Position numbers and translations under genes: made by a program. A DNA stretch of 64,000 nt. Source: Candidatus Levyibacteriota bacterium (GTDB lineage: Bacteria > Patescibacteriota > Microgenomatia > Levybacterales > UBA12049). Below, in pieces: positions 19,352 to 31,865 of the stretch. The notes below the pieces were generated by a model. The model had not been told where the DNA came from, did no database searches, and worked only from the letters and a program-made list of their open reading frames with translations. The first letter of the stretch is position 1, and every line of letters starts with the position of its first letter. The stretch lies in assembly GCA_963716145.1 (NCBI GenBank), contig OY970292.1, forward strand, positions 332,951-396,950, given 5' to 3'.

Positions 19352-20029
19352 ATGACAAGTTTTGTTGTTGCATCAGCTGATAAAGAAAAGCGGGTTGCTT
19401 ACATCGAAGAATATTGCCGAGAGCTGGACATTGATAAGTTTGATGTAACTCTAATTGAAAAAGATTCCTCAGCCAAAACAGTCAGCAGTATTGGAATAGA
19501 TGAAATAAAGGATATCCACAAAAATATCTTCCTAAAACCGATAAAATCTGACGTCAAGGCTATAATCTTAGAAGATGCACACTTGCTTACAACGCAAGCT
19601 CAAAATGCGCTTCTAAAAGTCCTTGAAGAGCCTCCTGAGCATACAATTATTATACTCGGCACTGATACAGCGGAAGCTCTTTTAGCGACAATTCTTTCAA
19701 GGTGTCAGGTTATAGAACTACCGACGGAAAACACAACCTTGTCTGAGGAAGAAATTCCTGAATATACAGAATTTATTGAAAATTTACATATCATGAAAAT
19801 TGGGGAGAGGCTCAAAAAAGCAGAGATTCTGGCCAAAGACAAGGATGAGGCAATAATCTGGATCTCAAAGCTAATTTTAGCATTACGGAATAAATTGCTA
19901 AGCGAAAAATCCGATTCTCGTCTTTTGAAAAATATTAAGTACGTCCAACAAGTTCATACGCTTTTGAAAACTACCAATGTAAACCCCCGCTTCGCAATCG
20001 AAAATACTCTTCTAAGCCTTAATTCTTAA
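19352..20029 (+). CDS. holB: DNA polymerase III delta-prime subunit (HolB-like). Start moved to MTSFVV to avoid overlap with pilB.
   Basis: IILEDAHLLTTQAQNALLKVLEEPPEHTIIILGT...SRCQ is the delta-prime sensor/SRC motif region. Confidence 0.6.
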   Translation: MTSFVVASADKEKRVAYIEEYCRELDIDKFDVTLIEKDSSAKTVSSIGIDEIKDIHKNIFLKPIKSDVKAIILEDAHLLTTQAQNALLKVLEEPPEHTIIILGTDTAEALLATILSRCQVIELPTENTTLSEEEIPEYTEFIENLHIMKIGERLKKAEILAKDKDEAIIWISKLILALRNKLLSEKSDSRLLKNIKYVQQVHTLLKTTNVNPRFAIENTLLSLNS

Positions 20030-20039
20030 TTCCCTGCCT

Positions 20040-20059
20040 GCCGGCAGGCAGGTTGCTTC
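20040..20059 (+). terminator. GC-rich perfect palindrome downstream of holB (candidate intrinsic terminator)
   Basis: cctgcctgcc|ggcaggcagg is a 10-bp stem followed by ttgcttctt. Confidence 0.4.
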
Positions 20060-20098
20060 TTAATTCTTTCATTGTTACAATACCTCTACTATGAACCT

Positions 20099-21295
20099 CG
20101 CATACAGGATGCGGCCTCAGACTTTTGAAGAATTCGTCGGACAAGTGGACCTGGTCGGTAAAGATAAAATTCTTCGCAACATGCTGGAGAGCAAGCAGTT
20201 ATCTTCTATGATTTTCTGGGGCCTCCGGGATCCGGCAAAACAACTCTTGGTCATCTGATTGCAAAAGCAACAAATGCTGAATTTCATCATCTCTCAGCTG
20301 TTGAGGCGAGTAAGGCAGATCTTCGGGAAATTATCAAACTAGCTGAATCAGCACTGCAGAAGAAAAAACGTACTATCCTTTTTATTGATGAGATTCATAG
20401 ATGGAACAAATCTCAACAAGACGCTCTTCTTCCGCAGGTTGAGTCGGGTTTGATAACTTTAATCGGTGCGACTACTGAGAATCCATCATTTGAAGTAATC
20501 AGCGCTCTTTTATCCCGTTCGCGTGTTTTTGTCTTAAAAAGCCTTACTCCTGAGGACTTGGAGAAAATAATTGATAGTGCGCTGAAGGATAAGAAAAGGG
20601 GAGTGGGGTCTTCAAAGAAGACTATTGACCGAAAGGCCAAAGATTTATTAATCAGATTCTCAGGAGGTGATGCGAGAATAATGTTAAACGCCCTTGAAAT
20701 GGCTGTAACTACCTACAAAGAAAAGAAAATAACAGCGGAAATTATAAAAGAAATTTTTCAGACACGCTCCGCTGGTCTTTATGACAAAAAGGCTGACGAG
20801 CATTACAACATTATCTCAGCATTTATCAAATCTATGCGCGGATCAGATGTAGACGCCTCTCTTTATTATCTGGTCAGGATGCTTGAGAATGGCGAGGATC
20901 CCAAATTTATTGCAAGAAGGATGATAATTTTCGCCTCAGAAGATATAGGAATGGCGGATAGGGGAGCACTCATCCAGGCCAATGAAGCTTTTGAAGCAGT
21001 TAACAAAATCGGCATGCCCGAATCGCAATTAATTCTTGCACATATTGTAATTTATCTTGCGGGTGCCAAAAAATCCAGAGCAGTTCCAAATGCGCTGGGC
21101 AAAGCCAAACAAGCAGTCTATGATCTCCCAAATGAACCGATTCCATTACATTTGCGGAATGCGCCAACCAAACTGATGAAAAATCTGGGTTACGGAAAGC
21201 AGTACGAATGGTCAGAAAAATACGTGGGCCTCAAAGAGAAGCTTTCATTTCTGCCGGAGAAATTAAAAGGAAAAAAGTTTTATGAACCTAATTAA
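20099..21295 (+). CDS. rarA: Replication-associated recombination protein A (RarA/MgsA AAA+ ATPase). The reading frame is interrupted by a 1-nt deletion in a C-run near 20221-20225.
   Basis: [32 protein letters not shown]...MIFWG followed by [11 protein letters not shown]. With one extra C the Walker A reads [19 protein letters not shown], continuous with the ORF-track piece 20450..21295 (…[24 protein letters not shown]…). Confidence 0.75.
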
Positions 21296-21458
21296 GACTA
21301 ATAATAGGTGATTATTGACAAATTAAGACCCATAAGAGATAATGGGAATAGCCTTGACACGGTAAACTTTCTATTGGCCATAAATTGTCATCCGTGAGAT
21401 CTATCTCAAAGACATTGAGTCACGAGCACGGACTAATCCCGTGCCAAAGCAATTCCCG

Positions 21459-21917
21459 CTATCCGTTCCTTAGTTTAACATCAAATGTAATATCGAAATC
21501 TGGGTTCTCTTTTCTCAACTTTGGTATAGCTTTCATAATCTCTTCAAGCGAAAACATGGGACGAGTACCGCTAACTTCATTTGAAACACTATCTTCATCA
21601 CTAGTTTTACCAAGTCTACCCAAAGCTCTTTTCCCTTCCATGGCTAACTGAATCCCTGCTAATACTCGCCTCGAGTTTCTATGAGCATAAACTGGCTTTA
21701 CTAGATTATGATACTTCAAGTGAGTCAATTTATTGGAAAACCATGACATATTTCCGGCTTTATCATCTAAGTCTCGTCCCCAGGCTTCCCAAGCTTGCTC
21801 AAGAGTTATTGTATCTTCGGTAGGATGATTGGAGAAAAATAATTTTACATTCTCTATTGCTGATTCTTTTGTCCTGTATTTCATTTGGTTGTTTACCTCT
21901 ACATAAATATATACCAA
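21459..21917 (-). CDS. Hypothetical protein, 140-152 aa
   Basis: Isolated ORF with ~165-bp spacers on both sides. No recognisable motif. The start may be the internal MKYRTKESA. Confidence 0.35.
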   Translation of the reverse strand: MVYIYVEVNNQMKYRTKESAIENVKLFFSNHPTEDTITLEQAWEAWGRDLDDKAGNMSWFSNKLTHLKYHNLVKPVYAHRNSRRVLAGIQLAMEGKRALGRLGKTSDEDSVSNEVSGTRPMFSLEEIMKAIPKLRKENPDFDITFDVKLRNG

Positions 21918-22082
21918 AAAATATTAAATGTCAACTATTAAAGAAGAAACAAAAGAGATGCATTATGAAACAAAGCATCAACGTACATATAAATTAATAA
22001 ATACTCCTTAGTTTCAGTATGAAGCTAGAAAAAAGAACAACTATGGATAAAAAAGGAGGTGTCTTCCAAATCTACTTTTTGT

Positions 22083-22829
22083 TCAATTATTTCCAAGTAT
22101 TTTTTCTTCTATAAACTTTGCCAAACCGTCGTTGTCAAAAATATCTGTAATATAATCAGCAGCTTCTTTCAATACATCTTGTGCATTTCCCATCGCCACT
22201 TTGTATCCGACTGATTCAAAAAGCGGCATGTCGTTATTGCCATCCCCAACTCCAATTGCTTCTTCTTTTTTGACCCCCAAAATTTCAAGCAGTTTTTCGA
22301 CTGCGTGCTTTTTGGTCGCAAGCGTGTGGGTTACGTGAATATCCCTCATTTCAGGCGACACCCATGAAGGCAAGATATGGGCTGCAAGGTTGGGTATTTG
22401 ACGATATGCTTGAGCCAAAGCTTGGGAGATCTCTGTTTTCATATTCATGACAACTATAATTGTTGCTTTTTCCGGAAGAGTAGAATCTACATCAAAAATA
22501 TCTCCATTAATTGCCATTGTTAAACCATGTTTTCTGGAAATTTCAGCGATTTGCTTTATTGATCCCTCAGGCAAATACTCCTCCCACAATATTTTCTCAG
22601 TTTTTGGGTTCATAATTTGTGAACCACCGCTTATGATACATGGATCAGTAAGATCCATTGCTTTCCAGGTATCGCGGCAGTTCTGGACAGAGCGCCCCGA
22701 TGCCGTAGAGACTCTCAGAACTTTTTTCACTTTTTTAACAGCCTCGACAACTTTCTCCGAAGGCAATCCATCAATTACTGAAGGAATAGCTGTGTAATCC
22801 AGATCAAAAATAAGAGCTTTGAATTTCAT
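22083..22829 (-). CDS. HAD-superfamily hydrolase, Cof-type (subfamily IIB) sugar-phosphatase-like
   Basis: Motif I FDLDYT. Motif IV GDGNNDMPLFE. Confidence 0.7.
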   Translation of the reverse strand: MKFKALIFDLDYTAIPSVIDGLPSEKVVEAVKKVKKVLRVSTASGRSVQNCRDTWKAMDLTDPCIISGGSQIMNPKTEKILWEEYLPEGSIKQIAEISRKHGLTMAINGDIFDVDSTLPEKATIIVVMNMKTEISQALAQAYRQIPNLAAHILPSWVSPEMRDIHVTHTLATKKHAVEKLLEILGVKKEEAIGVGDGNNDMPLFESVGYKVAMGNAQDVLKEAADYITDIFDNDGLAKFIEEKILGNN

Positions 22830-22865
22830 GCGTCAATTATAGCAAATAGGCCGGCAGCGTTTTAC

Positions 22866-24092
22866 TTATCTCCTTACAAACAAAATAGCGTTGGGGATTG
22901 CGCGTCCGGGACCGACCTTATATCCCCCTGCCCAAAGCGCGGTTGAGCCGCCGCTGTCAAGATTTAAGGCGTTCTCAAGCCCTAAAGCTTTGAGAACATA
23001 TGCGACTTCTGCAACTGTCGCGTTATACACAACTCCTATATAAACAGTTGAGCCTTTGTTACCGACAAAACTTCGTGCTCCCTTGCTCCCTTGTTTGGGA
23101 TCAGATCCACCCGAAAATGCGATATTTCCACCGGACAAAAGGAGCGGCTGGTTGGCAATCACTCCGTCCACTCCTGTATCGCGTCCCCAGCCGCTAGACG
23201 CGCCTATGAAGCGCGCATAACCTGAACCGAAAATCGCAACTGGGACATTGCTATAAACATTGTTGTCTGAGTTAAAATAAACTTTATTCTTATTCATCAC
23301 CAGTGTATCAAATGAGTTGGTTTTGCCGGCGCATGATGGGTATGATGCAGGACAAAAATAAGACCCATTGATTCCGGCAAATGCACCGGATCGCCCGACA
23401 TAATCGCCCAGTGAAAGCACCGGGCAACTATCCTTGCATGTTCCGTCCGATGCCGTATCTACTATGACCCGGGTGGATCCCAGATCAGCCGCCACAATAC
23501 TTACCGAATATGTACCGATTTCAGCTTTTACAGACTGAAAGCTGTAGCCTGATCCAGGCGGAGTATTGCTTGCAGTTGCAGGCCCGGCAGGAATACCAGC
23601 AGCTGCTGCTTTTGCCGCGGCCGCGGCTTGAGCTGCCGCCAGCTCATCGCTTGATTTTTTAATTTGTACATTCAGATCAGCAAGTTGCGGCTCAGCAGAT
23701 GCATAGTTTAGTTCAGCCAAGCTTTTAACAACATTTACATACAAAGATTCCATATCATCTGTTTTTTGTTTTTGCGATTTCAAATCTTGAATTTTTTGAT
23801 ATGCATCGATTGATCCTTTATAGTTTTTATTAATCCTATCAATATCTGCTTTTAATTTCTCATTAATTTTTAATTGGTCCTGATTTTTCAGTTCTTGATA
23901 TGATTTATTTGTCAGTAAAAGTTGATTATTTAATTTCTCACGATCCGTTTTTGCTTGCTCTATTTCTGCCTTGGAATCTAAATTCTGAAGATATGAAAAT
24001 GTGGAGAAAAGTGTGGGAATTGCGATCAGAAGTACAACTGCTACTTGAACTGCCCTGTGTTTTGCGTATTTCTTAATTTTGTGATGGATCAT
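22866..24092 (-). CDS. Membrane-anchored coiled-coil protein with a C-terminal phosphodiester glycosidase (NAGPA-like) domain
   Basis: N-terminal TM helix and a ~150-aa coiled-coil. C-terminal ...NALNLDSGGSTALWAGGYKV matches the NAGPA-family LNLDGGGS motif. Confidence 0.55.
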   Translation of the reverse strand: MIHHKIKKYAKHRAVQVAVVLLIAIPTLFSTFSYLQNLDSKAEIEQAKTDREKLNNQLLLTNKSYQELKNQDQLKINEKLKADIDRINKNYKGSIDAYQKIQDLKSQKQKTDDMESLYVNVVKSLAELNYASAEPQLADLNVQIKKSSDELAAAQAAAAAKAAAAGIPAGPATASNTPPGSGYSFQSVKAEIGTYSVSIVAADLGSTRVIVDTASDGTCKDSCPVLSLGDYVGRSGAFAGINGSYFCPASYPSCAGKTNSFDTLVMNKNKVYFNSDNNVYSNVPVAIFGSGYARFIGASSGWGRDTGVDGVIANQPLLLSGGNIAFSGGSDPKQGSKGARSFVGNKGSTVYIGVVYNATVAEVAYVLKALGLENALNLDSGGSTALWAGGYKVGPGRAIPNAILFVRR

Positions 24093-24244
24093 AACTGATC
24101 CTGCCCAATTATTAGCTTAACAATTTCCCTAAAAAGTGTAAATGGGTAATACTTTATCGCGCTTTGAAAATTATAAATAAAAAATTAATCTAGCAATCCT
24201 TAATTCCTAATTCGCTTGTACTGAGCGAAGCCGAAGTATACTTC

Positions 24245-25291
24245 TTAATTCTCTTTCTTCGCCAATTTGTAATAGCTGGTTTTGGTACTGCCGAATTTTT
24301 CGACTAAGCCTTTGCTTACTAACGAGGACAACAATGAATGCGCCTGCTGGCGAGATACTGAGAAAGCTTTTTCAAGATCTGATGTTTTGATTGCCTTTTT
24401 CTCAATTATTATTTGCAGAACTTCCTCCTCCCTTGATGTTACCAAAACGCGCTTCTCACCGGTTATCTCATCAAGCTTTCCCTCTCTCAACTCATAAAGC
24501 CGGCCGATCGCGCTCTGCATAGATGTGGCAATTCCCTCCAAAAAATACTCAAGCCAGTCTGTTTTGTCTCCATTATCTGCCGTATGCAGACTATCTGAAT
24601 ACAGATGTCTGTCAATGTCATAGTAGTCATCAAGGATGAAATATTTGGCCACTTCATAGTGTTGAAGGATTAAATAATATGTGGTCAAAATACGCCCTAT
24701 TCTGCCGTTACCGTCAAAAAACGGATGGATATAGGCAAATTGATGATGTAGGATCCCTGCCTTCAAAAGCGGATGAATTTCCTTCTCCTCAGCCAACCAT
24801 TTATATAACTCATCCAAGGCAGTTACGATCTCCTCTTTTTTGTGGAACGGGGGATTGTGTTTGACTACTATTTCCGCATCTTTCTTGTGTCCGATAAAAA
24901 CCCCACCGTCTCTTAAGCCCCATTTGCTTTTCTCCTCAAGTCCATCCATCAACTGAGCGTGAAATTTTTCTGTCAGATCAACTGTTATTTGCTGGTTTTC
25001 GCGGGCCAAGTTAGTAAGGCGAGTCAGAATTGCAAAATAATTCTTCACTTCTTTCTCCGATTTGGTAGTTGGGATTTGATCTCCCAAGATCACATTTGTT
25101 ACATCCTGAGGCGAGAGGGGATTACCCTCAATACTTGTTGAATAGTGCGTGGCCAGAATCTGATTTTCCTGAAAAAGTCTAAGACTGAGCGAGGGAATTA
25201 GCTTCTCAGCGTGGAGCTGGCCGTAAAGCCTCTCTATTGTCCCAAGACTTGAGAGCATTTTGAGCGTGAGTTTGAATTTGGGCGTAAACAT
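24245..25291 (-). CDS. Fic-family AMPylator with an intramolecular inhibitory motif (class II) and a C-terminal winged-helix domain
   Basis: Active-site HPFFDGNGRIGR. N-terminal inhibitory motif TSIEGN ((S/T)xxxE(G/N)). C-terminal wHTH-like region. Confidence 0.8.
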   Translation of the reverse strand: MFTPKFKLTLKMLSSLGTIERLYGQLHAEKLIPSLSLRLFQENQILATHYSTSIEGNPLSPQDVTNVILGDQIPTTKSEKEVKNYFAILTRLTNLARENQQITVDLTEKFHAQLMDGLEEKSKWGLRDGGVFIGHKKDAEIVVKHNPPFHKKEEIVTALDELYKWLAEEKEIHPLLKAGILHHQFAYIHPFFDGNGRIGRILTTYYLILQHYEVAKYFILDDYYDIDRHLYSDSLHTADNGDKTDWLEYFLEGIATSMQSAIGRLYELREGKLDEITGEKRVLVTSREEEVLQIIIEKKAIKTSDLEKAFSVSRQQAHSLLSSLVSKGLVEKFGSTKTSYYKLAKKEN

Positions 25292-25390
25292 AGTCAGATT
25301 ATAGCACAAAAATGATTAATTGTCAAGTTATTTGTAAATATAATTGTAAACATCATATATTTGTCAATGTATTTGTAAACCTTTATGTAA

Positions 25391-25732
25391 TCACTTCGCG
25401 TCGATCTTGGATGCCAATATAAAGTCGTTCTCAGATAAACCACTGATTGCATGGGTACTCAGGGTCAACTTGACCTTATTCCACCCGTGCAAATTGATAT
25501 CCGGATGATGCCCCTCGCTCTCTGCAATATCACCGACTTTATTTACAAAAGCCAATGCTTCTTTGAAGTTTTTGAATTTATATTCCTTCTCAATCCATCT
25601 TTCATCAAAATCCGCCCAACCGCTTAATTCATTCCGCAAATACGAACCATACTCATCAGGAGTCAAAGGTTTGACCCCACCTTCACATGGAACACATTTC
25701 TTATGTTTCAGATCACTTGATAATTGACTCAT
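25391..25732 (-). CDS. Pterin-4a-carbinolamine dehydratase (PCD/DCoH)
   Basis: ESEGHHPDI...W carries the characteristic [EDKH]-x(3)-H-[HN]-P motif. Confidence 0.75.
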   Translation of the reverse strand: MSQLSSDLKHKKCVPCEGGVKPLTPDEYGSYLRNELSGWADFDERWIEKEYKFKNFKEALAFVNKVGDIAESEGHHPDINLHGWNKVKLTLSTHAISGLSENDFILASKIDAK

Positions 25733-25775
25733 AAATTTATTTTAACACATAGCTTGAATTTACTTGACTGTTTAG

Positions 25776-27752
<1,977 letters not shown>

Positions 27753-27794
27753 ACACGTTAGTAATAACTCGTGTTATAATGAGACTATAAAACT

Positions 27795-28337
27795 ATGCCA
27801 GATTACAATACGCTACTTACTCCGGGAAATATAGACGAAGGATGGGTCAATGCGATTATAGATATCCCAGAAGGCTCATCGCTTAAAATTGAATATGATA
27901 GAGAACACGGTATATTTATGTTGGACCGGGTAGAGCCCTCCGTGTTTCCTAAACCAGTAAATTATGGGTTTATTCCGGCAACAAAAGATGAGGATGGAGA
28001 CGAATTGGATGTATTCATTGTTTGTCACGAGCCAATTCCAACAGGAGTGCTGGTAAAGGCAAAAATTCTCGGCATTTTTAATTTTGAAGACGATGGAGAG
28101 ATGGATTATAAGATTGTCTGCGTTCCTTATGATGATCGCAATTCAGGAGATAGCATAGCAACGCTTGACGATCTCGGTAAAAGATGGAAGCAAAAAATAG
28201 AATTTCACTTTGCTCATTACAAAGATCTAAAAAAACCGGGAACAACCAAAGTGCTGGGCTGGGGAGACTCTGAAGAAGCGAAAAAGATTATCCGCGAATG
28301 CATTAAGCGCTTCGAGGGAGAAGGCTTCTCCAAATAA
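27795..28337 (+). CDS. ppa: Inorganic pyrophosphatase (family I)
   Basis: DEDGDELDVFIV matches the D-[SGDN]-D-[PE]-[LIVMF]-D-[LIVMGAC] signature. Confidence 0.85.
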   Translation: MPDYNTLLTPGNIDEGWVNAIIDIPEGSSLKIEYDREHGIFMLDRVEPSVFPKPVNYGFIPATKDEDGDELDVFIVCHEPIPTGVLVKAKILGIFNFEDDGEMDYKIVCVPYDDRNSGDSIATLDDLGKRWKQKIEFHFAHYKDLKKPGTTKVLGWGDSEEAKKIIRECIKRFEGEGFSK

Positions 28338-28352
28338 AATAATCAAAGAGAT

Positions 28353-30892
28353 ATGGCACAAATAGGTAAATTACAAGAAACAAATATCTCGTCTGAGATG
28401 AAGAAATCGTATCTGAATTATGCGATGTCTGTCATCGTCGCGCGCGCCCTTCCCGATGTGCGTGATGGACTCAAGCCCGTTCACCGCAGAATTCTCTACG
28501 CGATGAATGAAATGGGCCTTGGCCCGACAGGTAAATTCCTCAAATCCGCCCGTATCGTCGGTGAGACCATGGGAAAATACCATCCGCATGGAAATATAGC
28601 AATTTATGATTCTTTGGTGCGTCTTGCGCAGGATTTTTCGATGCGCTATCCGCTCATTCTAGGGCAGGGGAATTTCGGATCAATTGATGGTGATCCACCG
28701 GCAGCGGATCGTTATACCGAAGCCAAGCTCCAACATATCACTATGGAGATGCTTTATGATTTGGACAAAGAGACAGTTGATTTCGGCCCAATTATGACGG
28801 CTCTTTCCAGGAACCGCTCTATCTTCCGGCCAAACTCCCAAACCTACTTTTGATGGGGGCTGAGGGAATTGCCGTAGGTATGGCAACCAAAATCCCGCCT
28901 CACAATCTCGGAGAAGTAATTGATGCAATCACATACCTTATTGGTAAATCCAAAATAGAGGTGTTAAAAGAGAACGAACCAAAGGCTGTTGATCCCAAAG
29001 ACCCCAACGCGAAAGCAATCCCTATTCAAAGTTCTGCTGTTTCTTTACACACCGAAGTCACAATTGATGAACTGCTTGAATTCATCAAAGGACCGGACTT
29101 CCCAACAGCCGGCGCGATTTATGACCTGAGTGAGATCAAAAACGCCTACATCACGGGGCGTGGAAAAATAATAATCCGCGGAAAAGCTGAAATTGAAGAT
29201 ATAGGACAGGGTAAATCTGCAATTATCATCACTGAACTTCCATATCAGGTAAATAAAGCGCTGCTTATCGCCAGAATTGCCGATCTTGCCAAAGAGAAAA
29301 AGATTGAGGGAATTTCTGACCTTCGGGATGAGTCCGACAGACGGGGAATGCGGATTTATGTTGAGCTGAAAAGAGACGCTTTCCCCAAAAAAGTTCTCAA
29401 TAATTTATTTAAACACACGGCGATGCAGACAAGCTTTCCTGTCAACATGGTTGCTTTGGTAAATGGTACACCTCAGACTTTAAACCTCAAATTGATACTC
29501 GAAGAATACATCAAGCACCGCTACATTGTGGTCCGCAAGAGATCGGAATTTGAACTCAGACAAGCAAAAGCAAGGCTTCATATTTTGGAAGGGCTGAAAA
29601 TCGCGGTCGATCACATAGACGCGGTAATAGCTACGATCCGGGCATCCAAAGATCAGGAAGATGCAAAGCAAAACTTGATGACCAAATTCAAGCTTTCAGA
29701 ACTTCAATCCGTTGCCATTCTTGATTTGCAGCTTCGCCGACTTGCAGCGCTTGAGAGGCAGAAAATTGAAGACGAATTATTGATGATAAAAGAAACGATT
29801 GCGTATTTGGAGGATTTACTCGCACATTCTGAAAAGATTCTTGAAGTTATAAAAGGGGAAATTGTAAAACTGAAGGAAAAATACGCAGATCCGAGACGTA
29901 CCAAAGTCTACAAAGGAAAAGTAGGGGAGTTCTCAGAAGAAGATTTGATTGCAAATGAACCAACAGTTATAACTCTTACCAATACCGGATATATCAAACG
30001 CCAATCCTTAACGTCATTTCACACTCAGCACAGAGGAGGAAAAGGAATAACCGGTATGAATGTAAAAGACGAGGATGGTATTGCTCATATCCGGTCCGCA
30101 CAGACCCATGACAACATAATTTTCTTCACCAACAAAGGAAAGGCTTATCAGCTCCGCGCTTTTGAAATTGCTGAATCATCAAGGACAAGCAAAGGCTCAG
30201 CTGTGGTCAACTTGCTTAACATTGAACAGGGAGAAAAAGTTGAATCATTCCTGGTTCTTGATAAAACACTTAAATCCGGAAACATTTTCCTGACAACCAG
30301 AAATGGAACTGTTAAGAAAAGCAAATTGTCTGAATTTGAGAACATCAGAAAAAATGGCATGATCGCGATAAAACTTGACAAGGGAGACGAACTCGTCTGG
30401 AGCAATATAACCGATGGCAAAAACGAAGTGCTGATTGTTACCCGCCACGGAAAAGCAATTAAGTTTGAAGAGTCAGCAGTGCGCCCAATGGGTCGGGCAA
30501 CCAGGGGAGTGCGTGGAATCAAAATTGACTCAACAGATCAAGTGATAGGTATGGCAGTTGTATGTAAAGAAGACAAACTCAACTTCCTGGCAATCATGGA
30601 AAACGGACTTGGTAAGAAAACAGCAGTTGGTCAGTTTCCTCTCCAGGGCAGAGGTGGACAGGGAGTGAAAGTTGCCAAAGTGACACCAAAGACAGGACAA
30701 GTTGTTATTGCCCAGATTGTTCCAGACAATTGTGAGGAAGTAATAATCACCTCCAAAAAGGGACAAATTGTAAAACTTACTACCGAATCAATTCCCAAAC
30801 TCTCAAGAGACACACAGGGCGTGATCCTGATGCGCTTCTCAGATTCTAACGACAAAGTCGCCTCCGCAACTTGTATAGAAAAAGCTTCTTAA
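28353..30892 (+). CDS. gyrA: DNA gyrase subunit A. The reading frame is interrupted by a 1-nt deletion (AAA to AA) at ~28788-28791. ORF-track pieces 28353..28853 and 28850..30892 are one gene.
   Basis: Frame 0 reads ...[17 protein letters not shown]...*. Frame 2 across the same bases reads [40 protein letters not shown], which is the conserved GyrA PNYDGS...GIAVGMAT block. Active-site region and C-terminal beta-pinwheel repeats lie downstream. Confidence 0.9.
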
Positions 30893-30893
30893 T

Positions 30894-31226
30894 ATGCGGA
30901 TTTGGGATTTGTCTCCATCCATTCTTTGCAGAAATCATCTTCTCGGTGAGCACAGAGAGCTTCATGCAATGTGGACTGTGATCACTGAAAATAAAAAAGG
31001 CTATTCGCGTCATCCTGAGACTTTACGTTGGGTAGGCAAATTAAAAGCTTTATATAACCGGCATAAAGAATTAATCAAAGAAATGAAGGTTAGGGGATAT
31101 AATCACTATAGTGAACTAAACAAAAACTTAGCGCTTGGGAAAAGCATGCAGGATAGTTTTATAAATACCCCTGAGGAGCAATTGAAAATTTTGAGAATCA
31201 AAGGCTGCAACTGCAAACTAACATGA
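30894..31226 (+). CDS. Pyrimidine-dimer DNA glycosylase-like protein (T4 endonuclease V / Pyr_excise family)
   Basis: MRIWDLSPSILCRNHLLGEHRELHAMW parallels T4 endoV [28 protein letters not shown]: N-terminal catalytic amine context and an E..RE motif. 110 aa. Confidence 0.5.
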   Translation: MRIWDLSPSILCRNHLLGEHRELHAMWTVITENKKGYSRHPETLRWVGKLKALYNRHKELIKEMKVRGYNHYSELNKNLALGKSMQDSFINTPEEQLKILRIKGCNCKLT

Positions 31227-31822
31227 TCCCTGGGGAATTTCGATGATTACTGTTTCAAAGCCGAGACTTTTAAATAATGTTGTCAATTGATTTCTTGCAT
31301 TTTTTGAAGCCTCATTTAGAATCCCACCTTTACAAGCCGCGTCTTTGATAACTTTTTCTGCTTCGCCCCGAGCCTGAGACTCGAGATTGTTGTCACCTTT
31401 TGTAAGTAGGCCTTGTTTGCGGTCATAAACTCTCGTCTGATCACTATCCAATTTGGCGACCAATATTTCGGCGCTGGCATAGTGACTTTTAGAGTATTGT
31501 TTGAAACATTAATATCTTTCTCGCTTACTTTTCCTAGATCAAAACCTGCGATTACAGTTCCATGAGCAATTAGCAAAATCCTGTCTCCATAAAGAAATTG
31601 CTTAAATGTATTTCCCGATGTCCCGACATCAATTATTTTTTCAATTGTAAAAGACGACGTCTCCAAGCGGTTGAGCGAGCGGATTTGCTTTATAACTGTT
31701 TGTGAACTCAAATTGACGGTGTATTTTTCCTTCGGTCCAGCAAATTGCTTAAAGACCAAAAATACTCCAAAAAGTATTAGAGCGAAAATAATAATTGTTA
31801 TGATAGGCCGAATACTTTTCAT
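31218..31822 (-). CDS. DUF4230-like membrane-anchored protein. The reading frame is interrupted by a 1-nt deletion in an A-run near 31468. ORF-track pieces 31316..31822 and 31218..31463 are one gene.
   Basis: N-terminal TM (IITIIIFALILFGVFLVF). ...HGTVIAGFDLGKV is DUF4230-like. Frame continuity is restored by ccgaaa(a)tattggtc, giving ...MPAPKILVAKLDSDQTRVYDRKQGLL. Confidence 0.5.
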
Positions 31823-31865
31823 CTTAGATATTTCAATTATACATTAATAGGGTATAATTAAAAAT

